Source: Rebecca billardiae RCC1528 (Eukaryota > Protista > Haptophyta). From it: a stretch of DNA of 64,000 bases. The stretch spans positions 1,550,001 to 1,614,000 of the forward strand of contig OZ251229.1 of NCBI GenBank assembly GCA_965240325.2, in the 5' to 3' direction. Positions 44,357 through 59,782 of this stretch are shown piece by piece (the stretch's first letter is position 1; each line of letters opens with the position of its first letter). A model generated the notes under the pieces. That model searched no databases. It saw nothing but the letters and a program-made list of their open reading frames with translations, and had not been told where the DNA came from. A program made the position numbers and the translations under genes.

Positions 44357-46518
44357 ATGGCGGTTGCTTCTTCGTCTCGGCGCCAACGGCCCACATGGGC
44401 TGCGTGCGCGGCGTCGGCAGCACTGCTCGTGCTGGCGGCGTACGTGACGTTCTCGGAGCCCAGCATCAAGGCGATCACCGAGCGCGCGGACGAGGCCTAC
44501 TGGAACGCGCCGTCCGATGGCGACGACGGTGCCGCCTCGCTGCGCGGGGCGGCGGCGGGCCCGCACGGCGGCGGGCGCGCGCCCGACTGGGCGGCGATCG
44601 CAGCGCGACCGGCGGACGACCCATCCGCGACGTGGCACCCGCCGCCTCGGACCTACGCGAACGGCTCGCGCGTGCCGCGCACGTTCCGCACGCAGTCCAC
44701 GCGCGCCGACTGGCGCGTGACGGTGAAAGGGGCGCTCGAGGAGCTCGGCCTCGTCGAGACGACGTCCAACTCGGAGTTCGACCTGTTCTGGGGCTCGCAG
44801 TGGACGGACCACGCGACCTTCTTCGACCCGACCCTGCAGCCGACCATGCAGGTCAACTCGATCATGGGGCTCGCCTCCGAGACGCTCGGCGACAAGGAGC
44901 TGCTCGGCGCGATGCGCTCGCTCTGCCGCGCGCGGCACGGCGCGGCGCACTGCGAGCACATCCCGGAGATCTACACGATGCCGATGGAGCTGCACGGCTT
45001 CAAGCGCGCGACGTCGCGGCACACGTACTGGGTGAAGAAGGACAAGACGCAGTGGGGCAACAAGGGCGTCTCCTTCATCACGCGGCACGACTACCTGCCG
45101 CAGGGCGACTACACACTGCAGCGGTACCTGATGATGCCGCTGCTCTGGCGCGGGTACAAGTTCGACATGCGGCTCTGGGTGGTGATCGCGTCGGTCGAGC
45201 CGCTGCGCGTGTATATGCTGCAGGACGGCTGGGCGCGCGTCGCGTCGGTGCGGTACAACACCTCCGACCTGCACTACGGCGAGCCGTGCATGCACTTCAC
45301 GCTGCACTACTGCCTGCACTCGCGCGCGACCTCGCTGCGCATCTTCCAGCTGAACGACAACGCGTTCCGGACGGGGCTGCCGCGGCGCGCGGGCGGGTGG
45401 ACGGAGTCGCTGTGGCCCTCGCTGCAGCGCGCGGTGCTCAAGACGATCCTGATGGCGTGGCCCGTGCTCGTCGGGTACGAGCGCCACCTGCTCGCGCGCG
45501 GCGCGCGCTACCGCCGCTTCTCCTTCCTCTCCTTCGACGCGATGCTCGAGTGGGCCGACCCGAGCCGGCCGCCGCAGCCGATGATTCTCGAGTGCAACTC
45601 GAACGGCTTCATGATGGGCTCGCGCATCCCGGCGGGGTGGGACTACACGGTGGACGCGCTGCGGCTCCTCGGCGTCGGCGGGTACAACCGCGCGCTCACG
45701 CAGCCCACCTTTGTGCGCGTCGCGCGCGACACGTGCGGCGCGTGGCGCTGCTCGGCCGCAGAGGCGGACGCGCTGCAGGACCTCGCGGACGAGTCGTCGC
45801 ACCGCGGGCACTACGCGCACCTGTGGCCGCCGACCGACCTGCAGGCGACCATGCCGCACGCGGCGCACTTCTTCGCCGGCGGCGGCGCGGGGCGGGCGAT
45901 GGAGCTGCAGCTCGCCTTCGCCCAGGCCTACTTTGGCGCGACCGGCGCGGCGGCGGAGGACGCGCGCAAGCTGGCCACCTCGGACGCGCTGCTGACCGAG
46001 GCCAACCGCACGCAGTGGGACATCTTTGGCGTGCAGGACGTGTGGTGGGAGGCGAAGCTGGCGATCAAGATGCACAACCGCCAGCTGCGCGACTCGATCA
46101 TGAAGGCGAAGGGCTACTTCTACGACGAGGAGCTGCCGCAGGAAGACTCGTGGTGGATCAAAGACGGCAAGGTGCTCGCGCTCCGCCGATGGCGCTCGAC
46201 GGTCGCCCAGCTGCTCAAGTCGGCCAACGCGACGCGCTCCAAGGGGCGGCGCACGCTGCAACTGGTCGAGCTGGAGGGTGCGCACCGCAGCGGCACCGCC
46301 CCCGCGAGCACCCGACCGCGCGCGCGCGCGCGCAGCATGTGCCGCGTGCCGCTGCCGAGTCCGAGAGGCGTGCGCGTGGGCTCATTCCCAACCGCCCTCC
46401 CTCGCCCGTCCCGCTTTGACCACGGCTGTGCGCAGGCCGGCGCGCTCAGGCGCCGCAGAAGGAAGTCTTCGAGCGGCTGCAGCGCTCGATTGCCGACGGC
46501 GAAACGGTGGGCTGGTGA
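44357..46518 (+). CDS. Tubulin-tyrosine-ligase-family (ATP-grasp) protein with N-terminal signal anchor
   Basis: WVKK...GNKGV, LQRYLMMPLLWRGYKFDMRLWV, PLRVY, GWAR, FSFLSFD, ILECN. Intron 46278-46435; last exon ends at TGA 46518. Confidence 0.85.
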
Positions 46519-46749
46519 CCGCAACAGCGCACCGGCGCACTGCCACGTGCGCTCGGACGCACCACGCGCCGGCGTGAGCATCACATGCCGTCTGTCTCTG
46601 CTCAAGGTGAAGGCCCGAGCTCGGCGCAAGTGGGCCTGTTACACACGAATGCAGCAGTATGACCGTTGATTCAGTACGTTACTGATCATGCAGTACTCAA
46701 AATTCGAAACTCGGTCTCCTCCAGCCCTGAAATTTTATATATTGAGTGA

Positions 46750-46859
46750 AATTCGTCCCTCGTCCCTTTTTTCTTCAACTCCGAAAGATCTTTTTGAAAC
46801 GTGGTTAGGGCCCGCACTGCGGGCTCCACGCTGTGCGCTCCGCCCTGCACCGCGGGCCA
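46750..46859. repeat. Solo right end of the 15.7-19.1-kb element family
   Basis: aaagatctttttga...gggctccacgct...gcgctccgccctgcaccgcgggcca|ta matches 19010-19117. Confidence 0.8.
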
Positions 46860-47581
46860 TAAATTAAGTTGACACTCACCGTTGATCAGCGCCGAGTACC
46901 TGTCTCACTACCTGTCTGTCCTGTACCGCCGCGAGTATCGCGGAGTCGGACCGCGCCGCGGATCATTGACGACAATGTGACGATGTCGACGACTCAGCGA
47001 ATCCGAGAGTGCCCCTGCCGACTGCAGTCGCGAGCTGCCAGTACGACGGGCAGCACGACGTAACCAAACCGCGCTCTCAAGTCTCATGTCCGTGCAGGTC
47101 GTCGGACAGCGCGTATGCAACCTCCGGCCGAATGCCGTACTCGCTGGCCTCCGTAACTCGCTGACGCGCAGTCCGGCGCAATGCCGCCGCGCCGGGCCTA
47201 GTACTCAATACTGGGTCCGGTACCGTTGGCCTCTGGACCCGCAGCGCGGCCGGCCGGCGGCGCCACCCGCCGCCCGGGCAGATTGGTGACGGTCACCGCC
47301 GCCCGTCAGCTCCCGAGCCCTGGCAGGCGACCACCGTAATCCGACCGTCAGCAGTCAAGTGCTGTCGGCGTGCTTTGCGGCTGGCGCCTGGGTGTCCGCG
47401 TGGCGTGCCAAGGGTTACCTGAATAACGAACTGCTGCGCCCGCGGGCGGTCACGCCGCTTCCGCTCCCGCCTCCCACGTGAACCGTCCGGTTGGCGGTCG
47501 CTCGCTCGGGCAGTCGGGACTCGGCAGCCGTCCGACGGGACAAGTCACAAGTCCGTCGTCGACTGGTTGTGGGTAAACTTA

Positions 47582-47641
47582 CAGTTTACTATCTAAGTAG
47601 TATACGAGACGCACACAGCTCAGGCAGGCGAGATGACGCCC
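47582..47641 (+). repeat. CAGTTTACT TIR-like repeat, left end, with small insertions
   Basis: ta|cagtttact...gagacgcacacagctcaggcaggcgaga. Confidence 0.75.
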
Positions 47642-48578
47642 GCGCTGGAGGAAAAGTTCGAGAAGATAGTAGTGGCGGCCGGATAGAAAAAAGTTGGAGA
47701 ACAAGCGCCCGCGGGCGCGCGGGCGCGAGAGCGCTGAACCGGCACCGCCGTTCCACTTTGGCCGTTGCGATATACGTATGCAGTGTGGGTAAGGAGGGGT
47801 AGTACGTTGGGTGATAACCTCCCTCTTGTATGAGGTAGTCCGGTGGAAAATGATTTACCGCTCGTAATCAACACTATAAACGATCTTCATACTATCTGAC
47901 GGCAATCTGGCCCTATTCACTCCACCCAGGTGCGATCTGGAGGGAAAACATCGATCCACTGATTTGGGGGCCAAATCTGTGGATTCATACCGACCAAGTT
48001 TTAAGGGGCGCGTGGTACTCCTTATTGAAAAAAGCGGATGATGTTATCGCCGATCCACAATCCACATCAGAAGTTTCCGGTTCACGATCCAGGATGAAAG
48101 TGATTAAATCTGATCTTCACGGCTGAGTTTCGGTACGCTATGATTACATGATTGTAGCCGAGAGATCTCGACGGTACAGCGCATGTACGGCAGAAGCTTC
48201 AAGAGGCCTTCCACCGCGCTCATGATCAAGGTTTGCACCGTTTACAGATTCCCGTGTTAGCCATAAGTGCCGTTTAGGCCGGTGTAAACTCGCATCATCA
48301 ATCGAGGCACACATCCGCCGCGCACCCACACCCCAAACGGTACAACCGCAGATCTGATAACCTTGCAGCCAACCAGCAACGAGCGGTCGGGGCGTCCCTA
48401 ACAAACTTTTTGTGAGCTTCACTCGGCCTCCCTCGGATTGGCTACATCACTGAATGATACGGCGAAAACACTAGTTTTCGCCGATTCACGGGCAAGAGCC
48501 GCTGAAGTCCCGTACAGCATCCGCCCAGGCTCCGCGCGTGGACTGCCTGCCGCACCCAGCGGCGAGCGCCCCGCGGGC

Positions 48579-51930
<3,352 letters not shown>

Positions 51931-52441
51931 TCGCCGCCGGCTCACTCCCCCGTGCCTCTCGCGAGAGGGGGCGGCACTGGGAGCACTCGGCACAGGCAGT
52001 CTCTCGATCGCAACCTCGGCCCCATCACGCCTGGCGCACGCTCGCATCGCGTGCGCCGCCTGGCGCGCATGCCGCCGACCTGGCGACTCACACTGCCTCA
52101 TCGGACTCAAGCCTATCAACTCTCAGCCATCATTCTCATGCTACTACGGTCTCATTCTGTCCGGCGACTCCGAATCTCGCGGCCATCGCCCGGGACATCG
52201 GCAGCAGATCATTCTTACTCTGTCTCATTCTGTCCGACTCCGTCTCCGACCAGTCACACGCGGACCTGACGGCTCAGTCAGCCGCTACGTACTCCACCAG
52301 TCTCGGCCATCGGCCTCATTCTTTCTCTGTCACCGACCATTCTGATATACTACGTATGTCGTATACGGTCCGACAGCTACTGGGTTATTGCTCAGCTGAG
52401 CCGAATCAATTATCAAATAATAATAATTATATATATATCAC

Positions 52442-52499
52442 ATAATAATAATAATAATAATAATAAGAATACTAATGGCTCTGATAGCATATATATATT

Positions 52500-52542
<43 letters not shown>
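52442..52542. repeat. (AAT)n and (AT)n microsatellites
   Basis: Direct read. Confidence 0.9.
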
Positions 52543-52545
<3 letters not shown>

Positions 52546-52937
52546 TAGTGTGATACGGATTAATTACGGTCCGAGCGACCGTCCGCGGCCAGTATTAATC
52601 AACGGGAGATAACTATCATAATCAGAAAGGATACGGTTCGGTGTAAATCGCGCGCGGGAACGCTACTTCGCGGGCCACCCGGCACCCAGTACCCACATGG
52701 GTATTTTGAGCGCCTTCCGGCTTTAAGAGATATTACCCGTGTAGTATGAATCAAGGGTAATCAAGGGGCTTAACAAGGGGCTTAACCTGATCAGATATCC
52801 GCCACTGAGAAGCGACGGTTCATGACTTCATACGCCGGCATAATACTTTACTTCAAGCGACATAAAAGCCGACCCAACCTCTCTTTTCTATGGTTGGCGA
52901 GCTGTTTCAGGCTCTTACCATTCACAGGCCACACTCG

Positions 52938-53297
52938 TTTTCAGAGAGCTGTTAATCCTCGCAGATAGAGGTGTCGATATGCCACCCGCATTGGGCCAAG
53001 AAGGCCAAGGCCATTTGTTGCTATTCAGCGAGGAATTGTCCTATTAGTATCCATGCTGCAAAAAGAGATTAATACGAGCAGGGGAATCGGATAGTACGAA
53101 CGCAATCATGAGCAGCGATATCGAGTCTCACTGAATGCGTTGTTCACACCTAAATCCATCACCTAACGAGTACGAAAATCCCCAAAATCCTGCGCGCCTC
53201 GTCTTTTTTGATATTTTGCGGAGCACGTGCGCCGCCCCCCCCCCGGCTTTCGCTCACGCTCAGACCTTTCGCCTTCGGGGGGGGAGGGCGTGCGCCA
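52938..53297. repeat. Solo diverged copy of the long TIR (right-end orientation)
   Basis: Aligns with 33546-33894 and ends GTGCGCCA|TA. Confidence 0.85.
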
Positions 53298-53587
53298 TAA
53301 CGCAGTTTCAGTTATAATTTGTATAGTTTAATATATATATATATAATAAATCCGCCCGGCGCCGGCTTGAACTCTGCGGAGTGCGCGGTAAATCGGCCAT
53401 CGGCCCTGGCCCGCGGGCCGCGCGCACCGCGTGCGCAGCCCGCTCGGACAGTCACGATTCACTCACAGTCAGTCATCACCGTTATTCGCCATTCAGATTG
53501 GCACTTCATCGCTAAGTCGTCGGGCGCGCGTTAAGGAATAACAAGCCTCACACCAAATTGACTGATGACGCAAGGTGAAGGGTATCC

Positions 53588-54712
53588 TCAGCGCAAGGCG
53601 GGCCATGCCGCCAGGGCACGTTCCGCTTCCTCGAGACGTGAGGTCAGCTCCGACGCGGGCGCTCCGGGTGTGTCCCCAGCCGCGCCGGGCGCGTCGAGCG
53701 TGGCAAACGCGCCGTACGGTGCCGCCCATGGTGGGATGTCGGAAGGGCTCGCCGAAGCGACCTCCAGGGCGCGCACGCACTCGGCAGCGTCGTCGACGTG
53801 GTCGAGGAAGTGCGCCATCGTTTGCCGCTCGTGGTCGAGGCATGCTCCGAGCGAGGGCGCGCGCTTTGCCGCTCGAAGCTGCGCGAGCGCGCACGCCAGA
53901 CCGCGCGGAGACGCCGCGCGCATGGCGGCCAGAGCGCGGCCAGCCCATTCCGAGTGATCGGCGGCGAGCCGCTCGACGATCTCAGCGGCTGTGGGCGCGG
54001 AGAAGACGTCGTGGATGGAGGCGAGCGTGCGATCGAGCGCGCTGGGCATGCGCATCTCGTGCGCCATGCCGTACAGCCCGACCCGCGTCTCGAGCGTGCG
54101 CGCGCGCTGTTTCCGCACGAGCGCCCGCGGCGCACCCGGCTCGTCCGCCTCCGTGCCAGCAGTGAGGCTCTTCTCGTCGTCGAGTGTGCGCGTGACTCGC
54201 TCGAACTGTGACGAGTGGATGTACTCGCGCACGATGCCGCTGTGCACAAGCTCGTGTGGCCCGAGCGTGCAGCCCGTGAGGGCGAGGTAGGCACCGAGCG
54301 CACCGGGCAAGCGCGAGAGCGCGGCCGATTCGCCCGCGGCGAGCGGCACGCCGTGATGCGGCGCGCGCACGGAGAGCGCGGCCGACTCGGTGGCCACGCA
54401 GAAGCCGACGCCGCCAATGGTCGCGAGGGAGGTGACCGACAGCGCGGACTGCCCCTCGAGCCAGCCGACGACCGGCGTGTCCAGCCGCGCGGCTCGCGCT
54501 GCGAGAGCTGCAAGCTCATCCGCACCCGCCACGTCGTTCTCAAGGCCGTGCGCGTCGCGCGCCTCGCCGTGCGGGTGGCCGCCGACAAGCACGATGGACT
54601 TGCACCAGTACCTCTCCTCTGCCGCGCGCAGAGCGCGGCTCACGGCAGGCGCGGCGTAGCGCAGCGCGCCTCGCGCAGCGACGATCGCGCAGGATGAGGA
54701 TGATGACACCAT
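53588..54712 (-). CDS. HIBCH/ECH_2-like crotonase-fold protein, catalytically degenerate; 5' structure uncertain
   Basis: LSRLPGALGAYLALTG, ASPRGL...L...LxxCLxxE and the WA...L pattern of HIBCH; the GGG and MPE motifs are replaced. Confidence 0.75.
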   Translation of the reverse strand: MVSSSSSCAIVAARGALRYAAPAVSRALRAAEERYWCKSIVLVGGHPHGEARDAHGLENDVAGADELAALAARAARLDTPVVGWLEGQSALSVTSLATIGGVGFCVATESAALSVRAPHHGVPLAAGESAALSRLPGALGAYLALTGCTLGPHELVHSGIVREYIHSSQFERVTRTLDDEKSLTAGTEADEPGAPRALVRKQRARTLETRVGLYGMAHEMRMPSALDRTLASIHDVFSAPTAAEIVERLAADHSEWAGRALAAMRAASPRGLACALAQLRAAKRAPSLGACLDHERQTMAHFLDHVDDAAECVRALEVASASPSDIPPWAAPYGAFATLDAPGAAGDTPGAPASELTSRLEEAERALAAWPALR

Positions 54713-54897
54713 TCGCCGAGGCAGCCGAGGAGACCCCGCCCGCGCGGCGCGGTCGACCGCGCAGAGGTCCGACCCTGCACCGGACTCCCTTGTCCTGTCC
54801 GGCTTCTTGGACGCGGGTGACCGCTATCGCAGTCGCAGAGTAGCGCGTCGGTGCGCAGGGCGGCAGGGCGCGCGCGAACAGCGACCGGTCAGCCACC

Positions 54898-57800
54898 ATG
54901 AGCGTGTCGTCGATCATCGACAAGATGTCCAGCCGGGACAAGGACTACCGGTACATGGCGACGTCCGATCTGCTCGGCGAGCTGCAGAAAGACAGCTTCA
55001 AGATGGACCACGACGGCGAGCGCAAGCTGTGCCAGATGATCATAAAGCTGCTGAGCGACGCGGCTGGTGACGTGCAGGGCCTGGCTGTGAAGTGGTGCGC
55101 GCGCGCGCGCCGCGGGCGTGGCGGCGCGGCGCGTACGCTCGCGCACCGCGCCGGGCGCCCTGCCCGGTCCCTCGCGCGCGCGCGTTGACGGGCACGCGCG
55201 CGCGCGCGCACGGACGCCCGCGCGCGCCCGCTGGTCGGCAGCCTGCCACTGCTCGTGCGCAAGGTGCAGACGCAGCACGTGGAGGACATGGTGGACAAGC
55301 TGTTCCAGATGGTGAAGAACGGCAAGGAGGAGGAGCGCGACATCAGCAGCATCGGCCTGAAGACAGTCTTGGCCGAGGTGCCGCAGTCCGCCGCGGGCAC
55401 GACGGTGCACGGGCTGACGCCGCGGCTGCTCGACGGCATCGGCTCCTCGTCGATGGAGGTGACGGTGTGCTGCCTCGAGATCCTGCACGACGTGCTCACG
55501 CACTTCCCGTCGCTCGTGAGCAACGACCTGGCAAAGATCCGCGCCAAGCTGCTCCCTGAGCTCGCCTCGCCCCGCGCGACCGTTCGCAAGCGCGCAGTCA
55601 CGAGTGTCGGTGCGCGCGCCGCGCGCCGCGCGCGCCCGCCCTCCGCGCGCGACGGCGCGACGCGGCGCGGGCGCGCTCACGCGCGCGCGCGCGCGCGTGC
55701 GCGGCCCCCGCCGCGCCTCGCGCCGCCCGCGCCCGCCCGCGCAGGCGCGCTCTGCGGCTCGCTGCCCGACTCGCTGTATGTGGGCGTGGTGGACCACCTG
55801 ATCGAGCAGATCAGCGCATGCGCGCCCAAGGGTGCGGAGTCGGCGCTCACGACGTACATCCAGGCGGTGAGCGCGATCGGCCGGGCGTCGGGGTTCCGGC
55901 TGGGCGCGCACCTCCCGCGCGTCGTGCCGCTCATCCTCAAGTGCGCCTCCGACGCCAAGGGCGCGTCCGAGAGCGGCACGGAGGTTGCGGAGCACTGCCT
56001 GCAGGCGTGCGAGGCGTTCGTCTCGCGCTGCCCGGCGGAGGTGACGCCCTTCATCCCGCAGCTGCTCGAGCTGGGGCTGCAGTACGTCAAGTTCGACCCG
56101 AACTACGCGGACGACGAGGACGACGGCGCGGGCGACGCGATGGACGACGAGGACGAGGAGGAGGAGGACGACTTTGGCGACGACTACTCGGACGACGACG
56201 ACACTTCCTGGAAGGTTCGGCGCGCGGCGACCAAGCTCCTCTCCGCGCTGATCTCGTCCAAACCCGAGGCGGTGCCGGGGATCTTCGCGCAGCTGTGCCC
56301 GGCGCTGCTCGCGCGGTTCAGCGAGCGCGAGGAGTCCGTCAAGGCGGACGTCTTCGCCACGACGCGGCTGCTCGTCCTCTCGTGCGCCGCGCCCGCGCTG
56401 CGCGACGCGCTGCTGCCGACGCTGCGCGCCGAGCTGCCGCGCATCGTCGGCGCGCTGCAGCGCCAGCTGAAGCGGCGCTCGATCAAGACGCGCTCGGGCG
56501 TCTTCGTGCTGCTGCGCGAGCTCGCGAGCACGCTCCCCGGCGGCCTCGCCGACCACGTCGGCGTGCTGTTCCCCGCGATCGAGCGCGCGCTGCGTGACAA
56601 GTCGTCGTCGTCCGCCCTCCGCATGGAGGTGCTCACGTGCCTGCGGCTCGTGCTCGACTCGCACGAGCCGGCGGTGCTCCACCCGCACCTCAAGCCGATC
56701 CTGCAGCCGGTGATCGCGTGCGTCTCCGACCGGTACTACAAGATCACCGCCGAGGCGCTGCGCGTGTGCGGCTCGCTTACGCACGTGCTCCGGCCGTCGC
56801 CGCCCGAGCCGTCCCCGCTCAGCCTGGCGGAGTACGTCGGCCCGCTGTACACGGCGGTGGAGGCGCGGCTGGCGGCGCTCGACCAGGACCAGGAGGTGAA
56901 GGAGGCGTCGATCATGACGATGGGCGTGCTCGTCGCCTCCGTCGGCGACGCGCTCGCCGACCGCCTCGACAAGGCGCTGCCGATCCTGCTCGACCGGTTA
57001 CGGAACGAGATCACGCGCCTCACCGCCGTGCGCGCGTTCGAGGCGATCGCCGCGTCGCCGCTGCCGCTCGACCTGCAGCCGACGATCCCGGCGCTGCTCT
57101 CGGAGCTGACGTCGTACCTGCGCAAGAACAACCGGATGCTGCGGCAGGCCTCGCTGCTCGCGCTCGGCGCGCTCACGCGGCGGCACGCGGGCAGCCTGAG
57201 CGAGGGCGAGATGCGCGAGATCGTGGTCGAGGTCGCACCCATCCTGTCCGACAAGGACCTGCAGCTGAGCGCGTCGGCGCTGCAGCTGCTGCTCGCGCTC
57301 GTGCAGGCGGACAGCGCGAAGGTGGGCCCGCTGATCGCCGAGCACGTGATGGCGCCCTTCCTCGCGCTGCTCGCCTCGCCGCTGCTGCAGGGCGCCGCCA
57401 TCGTGCGCATGCAGGAGCTGCTGCGAGGCGCCGTCTCGCTCGGCGCGCACGGCCTCCCGTTCGACAGCCTGCTCAAGCAGCTGCTCGCGGTGGGCGCGGG
57501 CACGGACGGCGCGTCCGCCGGCGCGAAGCAGACCCTCACCTCGGTCGCCATGTGCGTCGCCGCGCTGTGCGACGGCACGAGCGCGGCGCAGCGCCACGCG
57601 ACCGTCGAGCAGTTCATGGCGGGCATCGGCGCCAAGGAAGTTTCCACGCAACTTCTCTCGCTCTACTGCCTCGGCCAGATCGGCCGGCACGCCGACCTCG
57701 CGGCGGAGCAGTCGTCGCTGCTGCCGGCGCTCACCGCGACGTTCGAGTCCGCCGCGGAGGAGGTCAAGGCCGCCGGCGCGTTCGCGCTCGGCTCGATCGC

Positions 57801-59157
57801 CTCGGGCAACGTGGGCGCGTACCTTCCGCTGCTCGTCGGCCAGATCTCAGACCCGGCCCGCGCGGCGCACCACTACCTGCTGCTGCATGCGCTCAAGGAG
57901 CTGATCCTCTGCGCGCCGGGCGAGGCGCTGCAGCCGCACGTGGGCGAGATCCTGCCGCTGCTGCTCTCGCAGGCGGAGCGCACGGCGGAGGAGGGCGTGC
58001 GCACCGTCGTCTCCGAGTGCCTGGGCAAGCTGCTGATGGCGGCGCCCGCCGCGGTGCTCCCTCCATTGCACCAGTCCCTTGGGCACGCGGCCGCGCCGAT
58101 GCGCGCCATCGCCGTCTCCTCGCTGCGCTTCGCGATCGTGGACCACCCGTCCGCGCTCGACGCGGAGCTGCCGCGCGTGATCGCCGACTTCCTGCGCACC
58201 CTCTCCGACGCCGACCTCAAGGTCCGGCACGCCGCGCTGCTCGCGCTCTCGTGCGTCGCGCACAACCAGCCGCACTACGTCACCGGCTGCCTGCCGCAGC
58301 TGCTCCCGCCGCTTTACGCCGAGACGGCCAAGAAGGCCGAGCTCGTGCACCAGGTGGACCTCGGCCCGTTCAAGCACACGGTGGACGACGGGCTCGAGCT
58401 GCGCAAGGCGGCGTTCGAGTGCATGGACACGCTCCTCGAGTCCTGCGCCGACTCGATGGAGCTGCAGCCCTTCATCGAGCGGCTGGTCGCCGGCCTGACA
58501 GACGACTACGACATCAAGATGCTGTGCCACCTCGTGCTGTGCAAGATGGTGCGCGCGCGCGCCGCCGGCGGCGTCGGCGTCGGCGTCGCGCGCCGCCGTG
58601 TCGCGCGCGCGCGCAAGGGCGAGGGGCCCCGCGCCGCCCGCGGTGCGCGCGCTCGGCCGCTCGCGCGCGACCAGCCGCGCTGAGGTCGCACCCCGGCCGC
58701 GCGGCGCGCGCGGCGCGCGCAGGCGACGCGGCCCAACACGAGCGTGGCGGTGCTCAGCATGCTCGAGCAGATCTGCGAGCCTCTGCGCAAGACGGTGAGC
58801 GCCACGCTCAAGGACAACGCCGTCAAGCAGGAGATCGAGCGGCACGAGGAGCTGGTGTGTGATGCGCGGCCCGGCAGAGCGTTGCGCGCCCGAGCGCGCG
58901 CGGCGCGCGCCCGCATCCGTGCGCTGAGCGCGCGCCGCCGCCCTTCCGCTGCCCGGCGCGCGCGCGCCGCCGCGCAGGTGCGCTCCGGGCTGCGCGTGAG
59001 CTACCTGCTCTCAAAGGTGAGCGGGGCGGAGGGCGCGCCCAAGTTTGACGAGTACGTGCGGCAGACGCTCAAGCAGGGCAAGCTCGCCGCGCGCTATGAG
59101 GCCATCTGCGCAGAGGTGGACGGCGCGGACGACGACGCCGAGCCCATGTCGATGTGA
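54898..59157 (+). CDS. CAND1: Cullin-associated NEDD8-dissociated protein 1
   Basis: DKDYRYMATSDL, SDDDDTSWKVRRAA, DQDQEVKE, RLRNEITRL, VDLGPFKHTVDDGLELRKAAFEC. Introns 55095-55241, 55610-55744, 58549-58722 and 58855-58977 all join in frame. Confidence 0.97.
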
Positions 59158-59782
59158 GTCTGGACCGCTCACTCGAGTCACTCGGCCGCCTGGCGCAGGC
59201 TCGCTGGGCGCTCGCGCTCCGAGGGCGTCCGCCACTCGGCCACCGAGCAGAGGGTAGGGCCTCGTCGAACCTCACTCGGAGCCAAGTGCGACCACAACAT
59301 GCCCGTCTGACGACTGTGCCGACCGCGTCTGCGGCCGTGCTGAGTCGCCGGGCTCGGTGGTCGACCTGGCCCGTCGTGTGCGCACGCCGGCGCCACGACT
59401 GCTGACAACGTTGGACAACGGTTCCGTGACCGCCGTTGTTTGTACGCTGCGCCTGATAACGATGGCGGGATGGCAGATGCCACAAGATTTGAGTCATGAA
59501 TCATGGTGACGGTCCCCTGAGTAGGCCGATGATGACGACGATGAGCGGTGTCCGCCGGCGCCATCGCCGAGAAATGCAGCATTGCAATGTCGCGCGGCGC
59601 GCGCCAAAGCGCCAAAGCGCAAGGGCCCGGCGCCAACCGTCGTCGTCGCGCGCCCGGAGTAATAACCGGACACGACCTGGGACGGCGAGGCGGAATCGAG
59701 TCAAATCTGGACGACTGGACCGCGCAGCGGTCGCAGGAGCACGCTCGCGTGCTGCGCGTCGACGGCCGCGCCTGTGCAGCCG

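Noticed and set aside
46519-46669. C-terminal extension of the TTL ORF to 46669 as given in the ORF track
   Set aside because: It reads through a typical GTGCGC..GCGCAG intron (46278-46435); the spliced frame stops at 46518.
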